In this document: positions 37,099-49,822 of the stretch, one piece after another
How the letters are laid out: each line of letters starts with the position of its first letter
Numbering within the stretch: position 1 is the stretch's first letter
The notes under the pieces: generated by a model
Told to the model about the DNA's origin: nothing
The model's database searches: none
The model's input: the letters and a program-made list of their open reading frames with translations, nothing else
From: Antedon mediterranea
Taxonomy: Eukaryota > Animalia > Echinodermata
Direction of reading: 5' to 3'
DNA: 64,000 nt
Assembly (NCBI RefSeq): GCF_964355755.1
Contig: NC_092672.1
Span: 20,969,237 to 21,033,236, forward strand
Made by a program: the position numbers and the translations under genes

Positions 37099-40000
37099 TA
37101 ATTGACTGAATTACAATTATACTTTTGATGGTGATCCTTGAAATGCTTATCTCTGAACACTGTGTACCTACCTATTCATTACTTAATCCACATAAGTTGT
37201 AATAAGTGTTATTTGTTTTTGTGTTTGTTGCACATTGCATTGGCCTATGATTAATTGTAATACATGTTTTAAACAAATTCATAGCCAGCAGCCCAAAACT
37301 CTCTGTTCACTGTGTAAAATGTACTATCATAATAGATGTATTTATCCGAACCTTGATATAAAAGAAAACTGGTTTTGCTTTAATTGTACTGGAGAGATAT
37401 TACCTTTTAACCATTTTGTAGATGACAATGAATTTAAATTTGCTTTGTATTGTTTTGATAACACAATTGACTACAATAAAATGTTAAGCTTGAAACTTAA
37501 CCCGTTCTTGTATGAAGACGCTATCCACTCTGCTATCCACCACGACAACTTAAATATGTCAAATACCGATTATAACACTAGCTGTAAATACCTATGTGAT
37601 TTAACCTGTAAAATAGAGTATCCCAGTGACAATTTTTCTATTTTGCACTTGAACACACGTAGTTTTAACCAGAATCAGGAAGGTATAATGCATTTTCTTT
37701 CAAATCTTAAACATAATTTTACTATCATTGCCCTCTCTGAAACGTGGTTTAATGTTGAACAAAGTAATTTAATACATATTGAGGATTATACGCTGGTTAA
37801 CACCCCACGTCGTGACAGAAGAAGTGGAGGAGTGGCTTTATATATTCATAATTCTATTTCTTTTAAAACCCGAGCAGATCTAAATTTAATTAAAAATAAC
37901 CTAACTAATAACGATCATTCTGAATCGATATTTGTGGAAATCATTAATCCTGACTCTAAAAATATAATTGTTGGAAATGTGTACCGCGCACACAGGACAG
38001 ACACAGACTTATTTATTTCAGATCTTAATGATACCTTATTAAAAGTAACAGAAGAGAACAAGAAATGCTATGTATCCGGGGACTTTAATTTTGATTTACT
38101 TTGTGTTAATATGAATAAAACAATTAATGACTTTTTAAATATGTTCTACATGAACAATATGTTTCCCCTTATTGATAGACCAACACGAATAACGCATAGA
38201 TCAGCCACTCTTCTTGACAATATCTTTACTAATGTAATCACACATCCTATCCAATCTGGTGTGTTTATATGGGATGTTACAGACCATTACCCTGTTTTTC
38301 AAATCACAAATTCCCTGAAAGTTAAACACAAAAGTAATATTGGATACACACGATCACGGTCATTTAAACAACAAAATATATATCGCTTCATAAACACGAT
38401 ACAAACAACTGAATGGAACAATGTACTTCAAGAACAATCGCCTGAAATAGCATATAATATATTTTCAGACAAGATTACAAACACATACAATACATGTTTT
38501 CCTATACAATCTAAGCACAAAAAATCTAAATATAATCGCATTCCTCGAAATCCATGGATTACTAAAACCATTATAAAATCTATAAATCGTAAAAATAAGC
38601 TCTATAAAAAGTATATTTCATCGCCAACCTTCACAAATAAAAATAAATTTACTCGCTATCGTAATATACTTACCTCAATACTCAGAAACGCAAAGAAAAA
38701 ATACTACACAGAAGAACTAAATAAAACCCAAAATAACCTAAAGAAAACTTGGAATATTCTTAATGGACTTCTAGGTCGAAAACAAAATTACCACTTACAG
38801 GATAATATGAAAATAAATGAGACGGAAGTTAATGACCCTAACGTAATCGCTAACAGCTTTAATAATTATTTTTGTAATGTTGGTCCTGAACTTGCCTCAA
38901 AAATTCAATCAACCCAAAACGATGAATTTAGGAATCATCTGAAGAACTTATCATCACCAATTAATTCCTTGTTTTTTCTACCAACCGATGTTAATGAAAT
39001 AATTAGCACATGTAACTTACTTAATTCAAACTCAAGTCCGGGATATGACGATTTAAAAATGAGTATCATAAAGTATGTTATCCACTCCTTGGCGATTCCT
39101 CTAACACATATCTTCAATATGTCTATCCTTTCTGGTATTTTTCCAACTAAACTTAAAATATCAAAGGTAGTACCAATTCACAAAGCAGGTTCTTATAATA
39201 AAATTCAAAATTACCGTCCAATATCTGTATTGCCAGCGTTTTCAAAATTTTTCGAACGAATTATCCATAATCGCCTATATAAATTTATAAATAATAATAC
39301 TTTACTTTATGACCAGCAATACGGGTTTCGTAGTAAATATTCATCTTACATGGCAGTGCTAGAAGCGTATAATGATATAGTTACAAGACTTGATAACAAT
39401 CATCATGTTATGGGTATATTTTTGGACCTCGCAAAGGCATTTGATACCATAGACCATCAAATCCTTCTCAAAAAACTTTATCATTACGGTGTTAGAGGGA
39501 TCGCCTATGAGTGGTTCAAGAGTTATTTAACCAACAGATCCCAATTCACCGTGTATAACAATCATAAATCAACAACTAATATAATTCGATGCGGGGTTCC
39601 ACAAGGGTCCATTTTGGGCCCATTATTATTTATAATTTATTTAAACGATATTGTTTCTATTTCCGATAATTTCTCATTTTATTTATACGCAGATGACACC
39701 AATATAGTAGTTTCTGATAAAAATATTAAACAACTCATTACGACAGTAAATCAAGAACTAAATAAAGTTTCCTCCTGGCTTAAATCTAATAAATTATCAC
39801 TTAATATACTTAAAACAAATTACATTATTTTTAAAAATAAGCATAGTAGACGACAATATCACAATATTCAAATTATGATTGACAATACTACTATTTCACA
39901 GGTCTCTAATACTAAATTTTTAGGCGTAATTATAGATGAAGCACTAACATGGTTTAATCACACAGAATATATATCCAACATTATTTCTAAATATACTGGC

Positions 40001-40981
40001 ATTTTATTTAGACTAAAACATGCTCTCGCACCGAATATTTTATTTTCTTTATATCGCACATTAGTTCTCCCATACTTATATTATTGTAATCTTATTTGGG
40101 CAGATGCAAACAACTGCAATTTGAAAACCATTCATTTAAAACAAAAGAAAATAATTAGACTCTGTACAAACTCATCCTGGCTGGCCCATACTGCACCCTT
40201 ATTTTTAAAATTAAAAACTTTAACAATCTATGATATTCATAAATTACAAAAAGCAAATTTTATGTTTAATTTTGTTAATAATAATCTACCAAGTAATTTC
40301 AATACTTTTTGGGCTAGGGTAAAAGAAACACATTTTCATAATACAAGAACATTAAATGATTTGCGTCCGCATAATTTCAGAACAGACCTGGGAATGAATA
40401 CCATTAAACGGCAAGGACCTATATTGTGGAATGATATAAGCAATTTTATTAAGAACCAATGTACCTTAAGTTTATTTAAGAAGAAATTTATTCACAGTTT
40501 ATTATCAACGTATCAGTAATATTATGTTATATTATTTAATTAGTAGAGTAACATTATTTAAGTTTACTTAAACAACATACATATATATGTGTGTGTATGT
40601 AAATCTATTACATTTTTTATCTAAAAGATGATATTCAGATTTTATTACCATGTACTAGTAAAAATAAAAATAACTATATGTAATCTTCATGTTAACCTTC
40701 TTCAGAAGTAAGTTAAAAATTATCATTTTATGATCAAAAAGAAATATACTATCTAATTTTCTCCTTTATATAAATATATTATTTTATCCAAGGGGTTGCA
40801 AACACAAGTGTTCACATGTCTTGTTATGTATTGCACCTTTGTCTTGTCTTTATGTTGTCTGTAATGTCACTGCACTAACGGGTGACCGGCTAACGAGCTT
40901 CGCTCTTACGGTTATCCATCCATATAAGTTGTTTATCTTATGTTCATAAATTGAAATGGAAAATAAACTGAAACTGAAACT
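37099..40981 (+). mobile_element. Young CR1/L2-group (Crack/Daphne-like) LINE, 5'-truncated, inserted in the 107-bp array
   Basis: Interrupts a unit at ctta|ggac. It has an intact ORF, a 3' stem-loop (ggtgaccg...gagcttcgctc...cggttatcc), aataaa and a (GAAACT)n tail. No TSD is visible. Confidence 0.9.
37247..40519 (+). CDS. LINE ORF2: PHD finger + APE endonuclease + reverse transcriptase (~1090 aa)
   Basis: CNTC...CSLC...H.RC...WFCFNC (PHD-like); LHLNTRS, SETW, GDFN, LDNIF, TDHYPV (APE); YRPISVLP, QYGFR, LDLAKAFDTIDH, GVPQGSILGPLLF, YADDT, FLGV (RT). ATG at 37247; the frame is open from 37235. Confidence 0.95.
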   Translation: MINCNTCFKQIHSQQPKTLCSLCKMYYHNRCIYPNLDIKENWFCFNCTGEILPFNHFVDDNEFKFALYCFDNTIDYNKMLSLKLNPFLYEDAIHSAIHHDNLNMSNTDYNTSCKYLCDLTCKIEYPSDNFSILHLNTRSFNQNQEGIMHFLSNLKHNFTIIALSETWFNVEQSNLIHIEDYTLVNTPRRDRRSGGVALYIHNSISFKTRADLNLIKNNLTNNDHSESIFVEIINPDSKNIIVGNVYRAHRTDTDLFISDLNDTLLKVTEENKKCYVSGDFNFDLLCVNMNKTINDFLNMFYMNNMFPLIDRPTRITHRSATLLDNIFTNVITHPIQSGVFIWDVTDHYPVFQITNSLKVKHKSNIGYTRSRSFKQQNIYRFINTIQTTEWNNVLQEQSPEIAYNIFSDKITNTYNTCFPIQSKHKKSKYNRIPRNPWITKTIIKSINRKNKLYKKYISSPTFTNKNKFTRYRNILTSILRNAKKKYYTEELNKTQNNLKKTWNILNGLLGRKQNYHLQDNMKINETEVNDPNVIANSFNNYFCNVGPELASKIQSTQNDEFRNHLKNLSSPINSLFFLPTDVNEIISTCNLLNSNSSPGYDDLKMSIIKYVIHSLAIPLTHIFNMSILSGIFPTKLKISKVVPIHKAGSYNKIQNYRPISVLPAFSKFFERIIHNRLYKFINNNTLLYDQQYGFRSKYSSYMAVLEAYNDIVTRLDNNHHVMGIFLDLAKAFDTIDHQILLKKLYHYGVRGIAYEWFKSYLTNRSQFTVYNNHKSTTNIIRCGVPQGSILGPLLFIIYLNDIVSISDNFSFYLYADDTNIVVSDKNIKQLITTVNQELNKVSSWLKSNKLSLNILKTNYIIFKNKHSRRQYHNIQIMIDNTTISQVSNTKFLGVIIDEALTWFNHTEYISNIISKYTGILFRLKHALAPNILFSLYRTLVLPYLYYCNLIWADANNCNLKTIHLKQKKIIRLCTNSSWLAHTAPLFLKLKTLTIYDIHKLQKANFMFNFVNNNLPSNFNTFWARVKETHFHNTRTLNDLRPHNFRTDLGMNTIKRQGPILWNDISNFIKNQCTLSLFKKKFIHSLLSTYQ

Positions 40982-41456
40982 GGACAATGACATGGATAGC
41001 CTTGCTATATTATTGGAATAGATATAATACAAGATAACAATACATAAAATGTGACAACATAACACTGAATTAACATTCTACTACTTAAGAACAATGACAT
41101 GGATAGCCTTGCTACATTATTGGAATAGATTGAATACAAGATAACAATACATAACATGTGACAACATAACACTGAATTAACATTCTACTACTTAAGGACA
41201 ATGACATGGATAGCCTTGCTACATTATTGGAATAGATTGAATACAAGATAACAATACATAACATGTGACAACATAACACTGAATTAACATTCTACTACTT
41301 AAGGACAATGACATGGATAGCCTTGCTACATTATTGAAATAGATAGAATACAAGATAACAATATAATTATAACATGTGACAACATAACACTGAATTAACA
41401 TTCTACTACTTAAAGACAATGACATGGATAGCCTTGCTACATTATTGGAATAGATC
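40982..41456 (+). repeat. Continuation of the 107-bp tandem repeat (~4.5 copies)
   Basis: The array resumes at ggacaatgacatgg directly after the LINE tail. Confidence 0.95.
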
Positions 41457-41881
41457 AAATTTAAATGTGACAATATATGAGAATCAGAATTACTAAAAAG
41501 TGACTACAATTTAATAACAGTTTAATAACAACCAATCAAAATCTGAATTTGATTGTAAAGAACCTGTAAAGTTTTATTAAACATCAGTTCATCCAAAACC
41601 ATACCTTTTTAATGTCCCAAATTGTTCAGAATACCAAGAAGGCTGTCCTGTTTTGGAGAGTTGACTGTATTATTAAATTATTTATCGGTTATTGTAATAA
41701 TGTTTCAAGACAAATATTTAACCTTGCAAAAATTCATGCAGTAGTGATTCCGATTTACAACTTCTCTGTCCTTAAGGAGTATACAGACAGCTGAAGTTTA
41801 AAGATGAAATGTAGCTTGCATTTATATTTCACCATTGGTGCAATTGATATAACAATGAACTGTAATATAATACAAACAATA

Positions 41882-42104
41882 ATGAAACTATTAGGGAATA
41901 CTTTACATACCTGTCATAATACAGCTTATGAGCTTTGATGAAACTATTAGGGAATATTTTACATACCTGTCCTAATACAGCTTATGAGCTTTGATGAAAC
42001 TATTAGGGAATACTTTACATACCTGTCCTAATACAGCTTATGAGCTTTGATGAAACTATTAGGGAATACTTTACATACCTGTCCTAATACAGCTTATGAG
42101 CTTT
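41882..42104. repeat. 56-bp tandem repeat, 4 copies
   Basis: atgaaactattagggaatactttacatacctgtcctaatacagcttatgagctttg at 41882, 41938, 41994 and 42050. Confidence 0.95.
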
Positions 42105-42351
42105 AAAGCCACTCAATTGTTGGCAATGAATTTTGACATGTCATATATTAATGTTAGGCCCTAGTTCTCTTAATATTCCAGAATGAAAATTTGTAACACG
42201 GGTGGGCGGGCCAGGGACTTAAACTACTAATTTCACTCTGTCATTTCCCACACTTGTGCTACCAACTCTCCATATTTTCCCACACTTGTGCTACCAGGCC
42301 CTCGAAAAAATACCCGTAATTGCGGCACCTCCCCGTATAGAAATATTTAAA

Positions 42352-44738
42352 AGTAACACTGCCACAATGGGAACAACTGTATTATTTGTGAGGTATAACA
42401 TAAAGCAGTGTCACACTGCCACAATGGGAACAAATGTATTATTTGTGAGTTATAACATCAAGCAGTGTCACACTGCCACAATGGGAACAACTGTATTATT
42501 TGTGAGTTATAACATAAAGCAGTGTCACACTGCCACAATAGGAACAAATGTATTATTTGTGAGTAATAACATAAAGCAGTGTCACACTGCCACAATGGGA
42601 ACTACTGTATTATTTGTGAGTTATAACATAAAGCAGTGTCACACTGCCACAATGGGAACAACTGTATTATTTGTGAGTTATAACATAAAGCAGTGTCACA
42701 CTGCCACAATAGGAACAAATGTATTATTTGTGAGTAATAACATAAAGCAGTGTCATACTGCCACAATGGGAACAAATGTATTATTTGTGAGTTATAACAT
42801 AAAGCAGTGTCACACTGCCACAATGGGAACAACTGTATTATTTGTGAGTTATAACATAAAGCAGTGTCACACTGCCACAATAGGAACAAATGTATTATTT
42901 GTGAGTAATAACATAAAGCAGTGTCACACTGCCACAATGGGAACTACTGTATTATTTGTGAGTTATAACATAAAGCAGTGTCACACTGCCACAATGGGAA
43001 CAACTGTATTATTTGTGAGTTATAACATAAAGCAGTGTCACACTGCCACAATAGGAACAAATGTATTATTTGTGAGTAATAACATAAAGCAGTGTCATAC
43101 TGCCACAATGGGAACAAATGTATTATTTGTGAGTTATAACATAAAGCAGTGTCACACTGCCACAATGGGAACAACTGTATTATTTGTGAGTTATAACATA
43201 AAGCAGTGTCACACTGCCACAATAGGAACAAATGTATTATTTGTGAGTTATAACATAAAGCAGTGTCACACTGCCACAATGGGAACAAATGTATTATTTG
43301 TGAGTTATAACACAAAGCAGTGTCACACTGCCACAATGGGAACAACTGTATTATATGTGAGTTATAACATAAAGCAATGTCACACTGCCACAATGGGAAC
43401 AACTGTATTATTTGTGAGTTATAACACAAAGCAGTGTCACACTGCCACAATGGGAACAACTGTATTATTTGTGAGTTATAACATAAAGCAGTGTCACACT
43501 GCCACAATCGGAACAACTGTATTATTTGTGAGTTATAACATAAAGCAGTGTCACACTGCTACAATGGGAACAAATGTATTATTTGTGAGTTATAACATAA
43601 AGCAGTGTCACACTGCCACAATGGGAACAAATGTATTATTTGTGAGTTATAACATAAAGCAGTGTCACACTGCCACAATGGGAACAACTGTATTATTTGT
43701 GAGTTATAACATAAAGCAGTGTCACACTGCCACAATGGGAACTACTGTATTATTTGTGAGTTATAACATAAAGCAGTGTCACACTGCCACAATGGGAACA
43801 ACTGTATTATTTGTGAGTTATAACATAAAGCAGTGTCACACTGCCACAATGGGAACTACTGTATTATTTGTGAGTTATAACATAAAGCAGTGTCACACTG
43901 CCACAATGGGAACAAATGTATTATTTGTGAGTTATAACATAAAGCAGTGTCACACTGCCACAATGGGAACTACTGTATTATTTGTGAGTTATAACACAAA
44001 GCAGTGTCACACTGCCACAATGGGAACTACTGTATTATTTGTAACTTATAAAATGAAGCAGTGTCACACTGCCACATTAGGAACAAATGTATTATTGTGA
44101 GAAAAAGCAGTGTAACACTGCCACAATAGGAACTACTGTATTATTTGTGAGTTATAACATAAAGCAGTGTCACACTGCCACAATGGGAACAACTGTATTA
44201 TTTGTGAGTTATAACATAAAGCAGTGTCACACTGCCACAATGGGAACAACTGTATTATTTGTGAGTTATAACATAAATCAGTGTCACACTGCCACAATGG
44301 GAACAACTGTATTATTTGTGAGTTATAACACAAAGCAGTGTCACACTGCCACAATGGGAACTACTGTATTATTTGTGAGTTATAACATAAAGCAGTGTCA
44401 CACTGCCACAATGGGAACAAATGTATTATTTGTGAGTTATAACATAAAGCAGTGTCACACTGCCACAATGGGAACTACTGTATTATTTGTGAGTTATAAC
44501 ACAAAGCAGTGTCACACTGCCACAATGGGAACTACTGTATTATTTGTAAGTTATAAAATGAAGCAGTGTCACACTGCCACATTAGGAACAAATGTATTAT
44601 TGTGAGGAAAAGCAGTGTAACACTGCCACAATAGGAACTACTGTATTATTTGTGAGTTATAACACAAAGCAGTGTCACACTGCCACAATGGGAACAACTG
44701 TATTATTTGTGAGTTATAACATAAAGCAGTGTCACACT
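42352..44738. repeat. 57-bp minisatellite, ~42 copies, with higher-order structure
   Basis: Unit aaagcagtgtcacactgccacaatgggaacaactgtattatttgtgagttataacat, with internal palindrome gcagtgt-c-acactgc. Confidence 0.95.
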
Positions 44739-45936
44739 GTGAACACAACACCCCATAAACTGTATTAGTTGTATTGAAATACTCAGTAATTATTAGCCAA
44801 TAATGATTTTTAAACTGTTTTTATCTAGGATTTTACCTTGAATTTAATGTTTCACTGTAGTTTATTTCAGGTGCTTTTTAGTTGTTGCTTTGTCTTTTTT
44901 TCAAATTTATGTTTGTGTATGTTTTTTTTTTACTGTTTTATTATTTAATTATTTCAAAGTAGTTTATTTCAAGTGCTTTTTAGTTTTAGTTTTTAGTTGC
45001 TTTGTCTTTTTTTCAAATTTATATTTGTGTATGCTTTTTTTTACAATCAATCATTGAGAGTTAATTTTAATTACTTTCATAATATTGTAAGTGTTAAAGC
45101 TTTGTACATTATATTATATACGTTATGAAATAAAATGTGAATAAGATGATTTATTGTTAAAGCTTTGTACATTATATTATATACGTTAGGAAATAAAATG
45201 TGAATAAGATGATTTATTTTTGTATATAGACAATTGTAAAAATGAACACATTTAATATTGTGTGTTTATATGATATGGGATTTTTAGGTGGATGTGTGTT
45301 AACAGATAACAATAGTGATAGTAGCAATAATAATGCACAGTTACAATACTGATAACAATTTAGTCACTCATATAAACAAATAAAATATATAAATATTGAT
45401 ATATAATTTACTTATATAATGAGGACATGTTCACCTAAAGAGGGTGAGTGCTGGCTGTGTACAGGCTGATAGTCATTAAATTGTTTACACAACTTTTACC
45501 TGCTGCCACAATATTAGGTTAACTACATTTGGTATTTTAAGATGGAAATTATCTGCAATTTTGAGGCAATTTTTATGAAGTTTAAAAATCCAATAAATTG
45601 AAAGAAGAATACCAATCTAATATAATAGTTTTTGTAAATGTTTTTTTCTGTAGGTAGGTTATGCAAACATTATGAATTATTCATCATGTGTAGTGCATCA
45701 GCTATGTTTGTTATAATAGATTGCTATGTTTCAAAGAAATTATCAGAAAATTACTATATTGATTTATTTTGTGCTTTATGAGAAATGCAGTTTATGGCTC
45801 AGCAAATGATGCAAACTAGGGGATTTAATGTATTACCAGTCTGTGGTACAAGGGTTGTTGTTATTGTAATTATTCGGCCCATTATTGACAGTCCATTGGG
45901 GGCAACAGCAAAAGCTGAGCCGAAAATGGTTATTAC

Positions 45937-46745
45937 CAAAGAATATATGTCACAAGAATGAGTAATCCGCAATTTTCCCTGTAACAGTAATATTGTCCAT
46001 GTGGTAGGGCGCCGCCATAAGTAAGGACGGATACAACTTTTTGTGACGGTTACACTAATCTAAGCCTGCACCACCGGTAGTATTTTCATGATAAAAAATG
46101 TTATCAACTACATGCCAACATCATGTTAAATGCTGTTTGGATATTTAATTGTTCGTTTCATGCAATGTATGTATTAAAAACTGCCGAATAAACAGTTCGC
46201 TTCATCAACCGGGCGTGAATTGGTGTTTACGCGTTTTCACGAAGGATAGTTTAATAATATTTCTATATTTAACTTGTTTCTGGTAAAACAAATAAATGTT
46301 AATGAAATTTAACATTGTATCCTATTAATAACATGTATTTTATACTAATTTATATCTTAAAAACAATACTTAATTTACCGGGCGTAGGTTAGTACGCGGC
46401 AATGGTAAAGAATAGGCCGTGCTGAGTAACGCTTCGTTGATTTTTGGTGTTGCTGTTAGGCTTTTTGTGAACTAATTTAACATGGTAGTAAATAATTGTC
46501 TGTAGAAGTGAATGTACACTAGTTTGGTATTATATATGCATTATAAAATGTTTTACAATTGCAAAATATATTATCCTAATTCTATTTAATCATAATGTGA
46601 CATGTAGGCCTATAATATTCTATTAAATCAAGTCTTATTTAGTCTGTATACATTCGCATCCCATCTGAGGGCGGGCATCACTTTCTGTTACAAATTTATC
46701 ATGCAAAAATCGCGGAATACTCATTCTTGTGATATATATTCTTTG
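45937..46745. mobile_element. Non-autonomous TIR transposon (P-element-like MITE)
   Basis: TIRs caaagaatatatgtcacaagaatgagtaatccgc / gcggaatactcattcttgtgatatatattctttg. Flanks ttattac / ttcttac give a 7-bp TSD with 1 mismatch. Confidence 0.75.
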
Positions 46746-47706
46746 TTCTTACTAAAATCTCAATAATCTCAAATCAACTGATGGTCGCCGACGTTGACAT
46801 TCCGAACAGAATACCTCCGACTCGTTTCGTTGATATTTTGACAGAACAGACAATAAACTATTGGACAAAGCTACCTCGATTACACAAAACAGTCAACTGG
46901 TCAACAGTCAGTATTTTTACAGATTTAAACAACAAAGCTTGTGGATAGAGCAAATGAACGATTCACGTGACGAGTAAAGGATCCTTTTCTTTACGACGTA
47001 CTAGACGGAGTAGCACGACGCATCATTGGCGGTTACAGCCATGCAACCAGTGCTTGGCAATCTATTGCTCCAACCAAATTGAACAGGTTCGTACAATTTG
47101 AAAACGCAGATCCCGTCCTTCGCCATATATCATAGAAGCGTCTATACAAAGTGGATTTTCAAAAACATTTTCATCACGTCTGCATGTCTCGTGTAGTTTA
47201 TGATGCGACAAGATATTGGTTTTCCTGGTTATTAGAACCGATTGTGACGCATGGAAACAACAAAACTGTTGAAACAACTCTTTCACTACTGTACCTTTGC
47301 GAAATGTGAATCGGAATTGGATCAGTGTACGTTGACGGTGTATGGCCGTTTTCTATCATATCACGACGCATGCATCAGAGAAAACGAAAAATAGGCGTGC
47401 ATTAAATCATTAAAGACGGTACTCATATTGTGACGTGTTGTGATGAATGCGATCGATGGGACGGTATGATTTATTTTTGCAAAGGTTAGATCAACTTGTT
47501 GGTATAATGTGGTTCGGTTAAATCGTGGTACAGTTCATGCTTTACAGATCGTAGTACTTAATACTTGGGTTTTATCTTATATACATCTCCTATCTGTGAT
47601 ATCATTCGTAATCATAACGTCCTTATTCTTTTTCTTTTTTTTAATTTCATACTCATCCAACAGCGAGTAACCCGCCAATCACAGGATGGATAAACTATTT
47701 AATAAT

Positions 47707-47883
47707 TTCACAAGACAAACATATACACAAGATGCTCTACATAAACAAAGACTTATTATTAAGTCTTTGGGAGTGGAGTTGTAAATTGTCATGAGAAAAA
47801 AACCCTGACATATGACAGGACTTGAACCCAGGACCCTTAGATTGGTAGCCAAGCATCACAACCACCAAGCCACAGCTCCACTC
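47707..47883 (-). mobile_element. tRNA-derived SINE (same family as 20216-20388)
   Basis: Direct sequence similarity to 20216-20388; A and B boxes on the - strand. Confidence 0.7.
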
Positions 47884-47894
47884 AATTCATGAAT

Positions 47895-48915
47895 ATGCCG
47901 ATGATATACAGACCCAAAATTGTTAATGATTATCAAAATGCACTTAAACATTTGACTTCCTGCATATCCAAAATTAATAAATGGATGATTAGTAGGCTAA
48001 TATGTTACAGTTAAATCAGGAGAAAACTGAGTTCTTTTGTTTTGGAAGTAATCGTGTCGCGCTACCAGATCTTGAATTAAAATTAGATAACAATATTATT
48101 ATTCGTCCTTCAAAATGTATTAAAAACTCTAGGTGTGATGTTTGATAGCTCTTTGAATATGTCCTCTCAAGTAAATGCTTTATGCAAGTCATTGAATTAC
48201 CAACTCCGTAATTTGTCGTAAATATATTAAAAATGCCCTTCCAATCACTGTGTTTGCCCCCGCCTGCGTGAAATCAAACATACGATGTTTGCAGCACTAT
48301 TGCGTCGTCGGTTCCCACTTATGATTACGCAATACAGCACATTGCGTCGATACATGCGTTGCGTTCTAGTGGGAACCACGCTTAAAGATGCATGCCAAAA
48401 TCCTGTCCCGCCTTGACTATGCTAACTCGCTCTTGCTTGGTGCTCACGCCCGTGCCCGCGAAGTTGATCTTAAACGATTACAGCGATTGCAGAAACAAGG
48501 CTGTGTTTGCGTGTGGACGGTATCAGCCTTCGGATGGTTTATATTGAAATATCTCGATTGGCTTCATATAAAAAAAAGAATCGTGTACAAAATTATTGTT
48601 TTTGTTCATAAATGTATTTACTCTGTTTCCTTTATACCTTTTTTTATTTAACCGTGATCCGCTTTCATTTAATTTCGACTTCTCTCCTCTAATTGATCCC
48701 ACCCGACTTTTCGTTGCACGATCTAATCGGAAAGCTGGGGACAATACTTTTTCTATCACCTCTCCGCGGATCTGGAACATAACGCGCTTCCTGTCGAATT
48801 CGGCAACTCTATTTAAACATCAAAAACTTTTCTTTAATTAATAATAGGCCTACTAGTGTTGTTAGGCGCTCTGTTCATTGTAGAGCGCCTATACGAACTT
48901 ATAGAATAGAATATA
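47895..48915 (+). mobile_element. Decayed L2-clade LINE 3' fragment, interrupted at ~48220-48385 by a partial MITE-like insert
   Basis: WM...LQLNQEKTE, LGVMFDSSLNM, LSRLDYANSLL.G, LQRLQ, WLHIKKRIVYKI, FSITSPRIWN; 3' hairpin aggcgctct...agagcgcct and (ATAGA)n tail. Confidence 0.75.
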
Positions 48916-49636
48916 AATAAAAATTCTTTAGAAACGTGTAGCTTAAATAGATCTGATATCAATGATCAGTGGCCTCTTGTACCTGACAATGATGGATGCA
49001 GCCTGTTTGGTTCTCATTGCTTTTTCTCAGAGGGTGAAAACATAGGAAGGTGCGTTCCCACTCTGTTTGGTTATTCAGAAACAATTCCCGTATTATCGGA
49101 TGAGTGCTTTCAACGATGTAATGTAGACCCGGCAGTATGTGAGCCTATGTCGGTAGAAATCTTGTCGTATGCGACATGATTTGATTATCGTATACAGATG
49201 TGTGCCTGTTATCGTATGTTTGTGATACATCGTGTTCTTATTTTGTTTTCTAAATAAAACTTTCTAGCCAAAAAAGAAAAAAAAATGTCGTATGCAGATG
49301 TGTGTCTCTTATCGTATGTTTACAATGTTTTAATATTTCTGTAATAACAAACTATAAATCGTATTTTAATTTTTTTTAATTATTTGTTTTCTTTTTTTGA
49401 TTTCTTACAAAGATGGAGATGATGTTAAATTGAAATTCATGAAAGCGCCTTGATTGATGCAAGCATACAAATGTATTAGAAATCGGTTGTAATAATATTA
49501 TTGACAATGGTGCGTGCAATACTGTTCTTGATAATGAAACAAACATTACATTAAAATAGCTAAACTATTAACACATCGATGGTCTTTCTCGTTATGCCTG
49601 GGGAAGCGATATGGAAACGGTAGTAAAACAGTGTTA

Positions 49637-49795
49637 AGCCGATTTTCCACTAGGCGAATTTGTTCGCGCGAATCGAAGGCGTCAGCTAATACGCATGCGT
49701 AGAGAAGGATTTGGAAGACGTAAACATGAATACACATGCGTACAAGCTGGCGCGTTCGATTCGCGCGAACAAATTCGCCTAGTGGAAAATCGGCT
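49637..49795. mobile_element. PIF/Harbinger-type MITE (159 bp)
   Basis: Perfect ~41-bp TIRs agccgattttccactaggcgaatttgttcgcgcgaatcgaa / ttcgattcgcgcgaacaaattcgcctagtggaaaatcggct, with a TTA TSD on both sides. Confidence 0.9.
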
Positions 49796-49822
49796 TTAGA
49801 ACATTGATCCCAAACAGGAATA

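Noticed and set aside
42256-44605. 614-aa and 172-aa repetitive ORFs (and antisense ORFs) in the ORF track
   Set aside because: They arise from a 57-bp (19-codon) minisatellite with one stop-free frame. There is no ATG context or splice link, and shortened units break the frame.
42352-44738. CACAATG/CACTG motifs resembling RAG/Transib recombination-signal heptamers
   Set aside because: There is no nonamer at 12/23 spacing, and the motif is simply part of the minisatellite unit.
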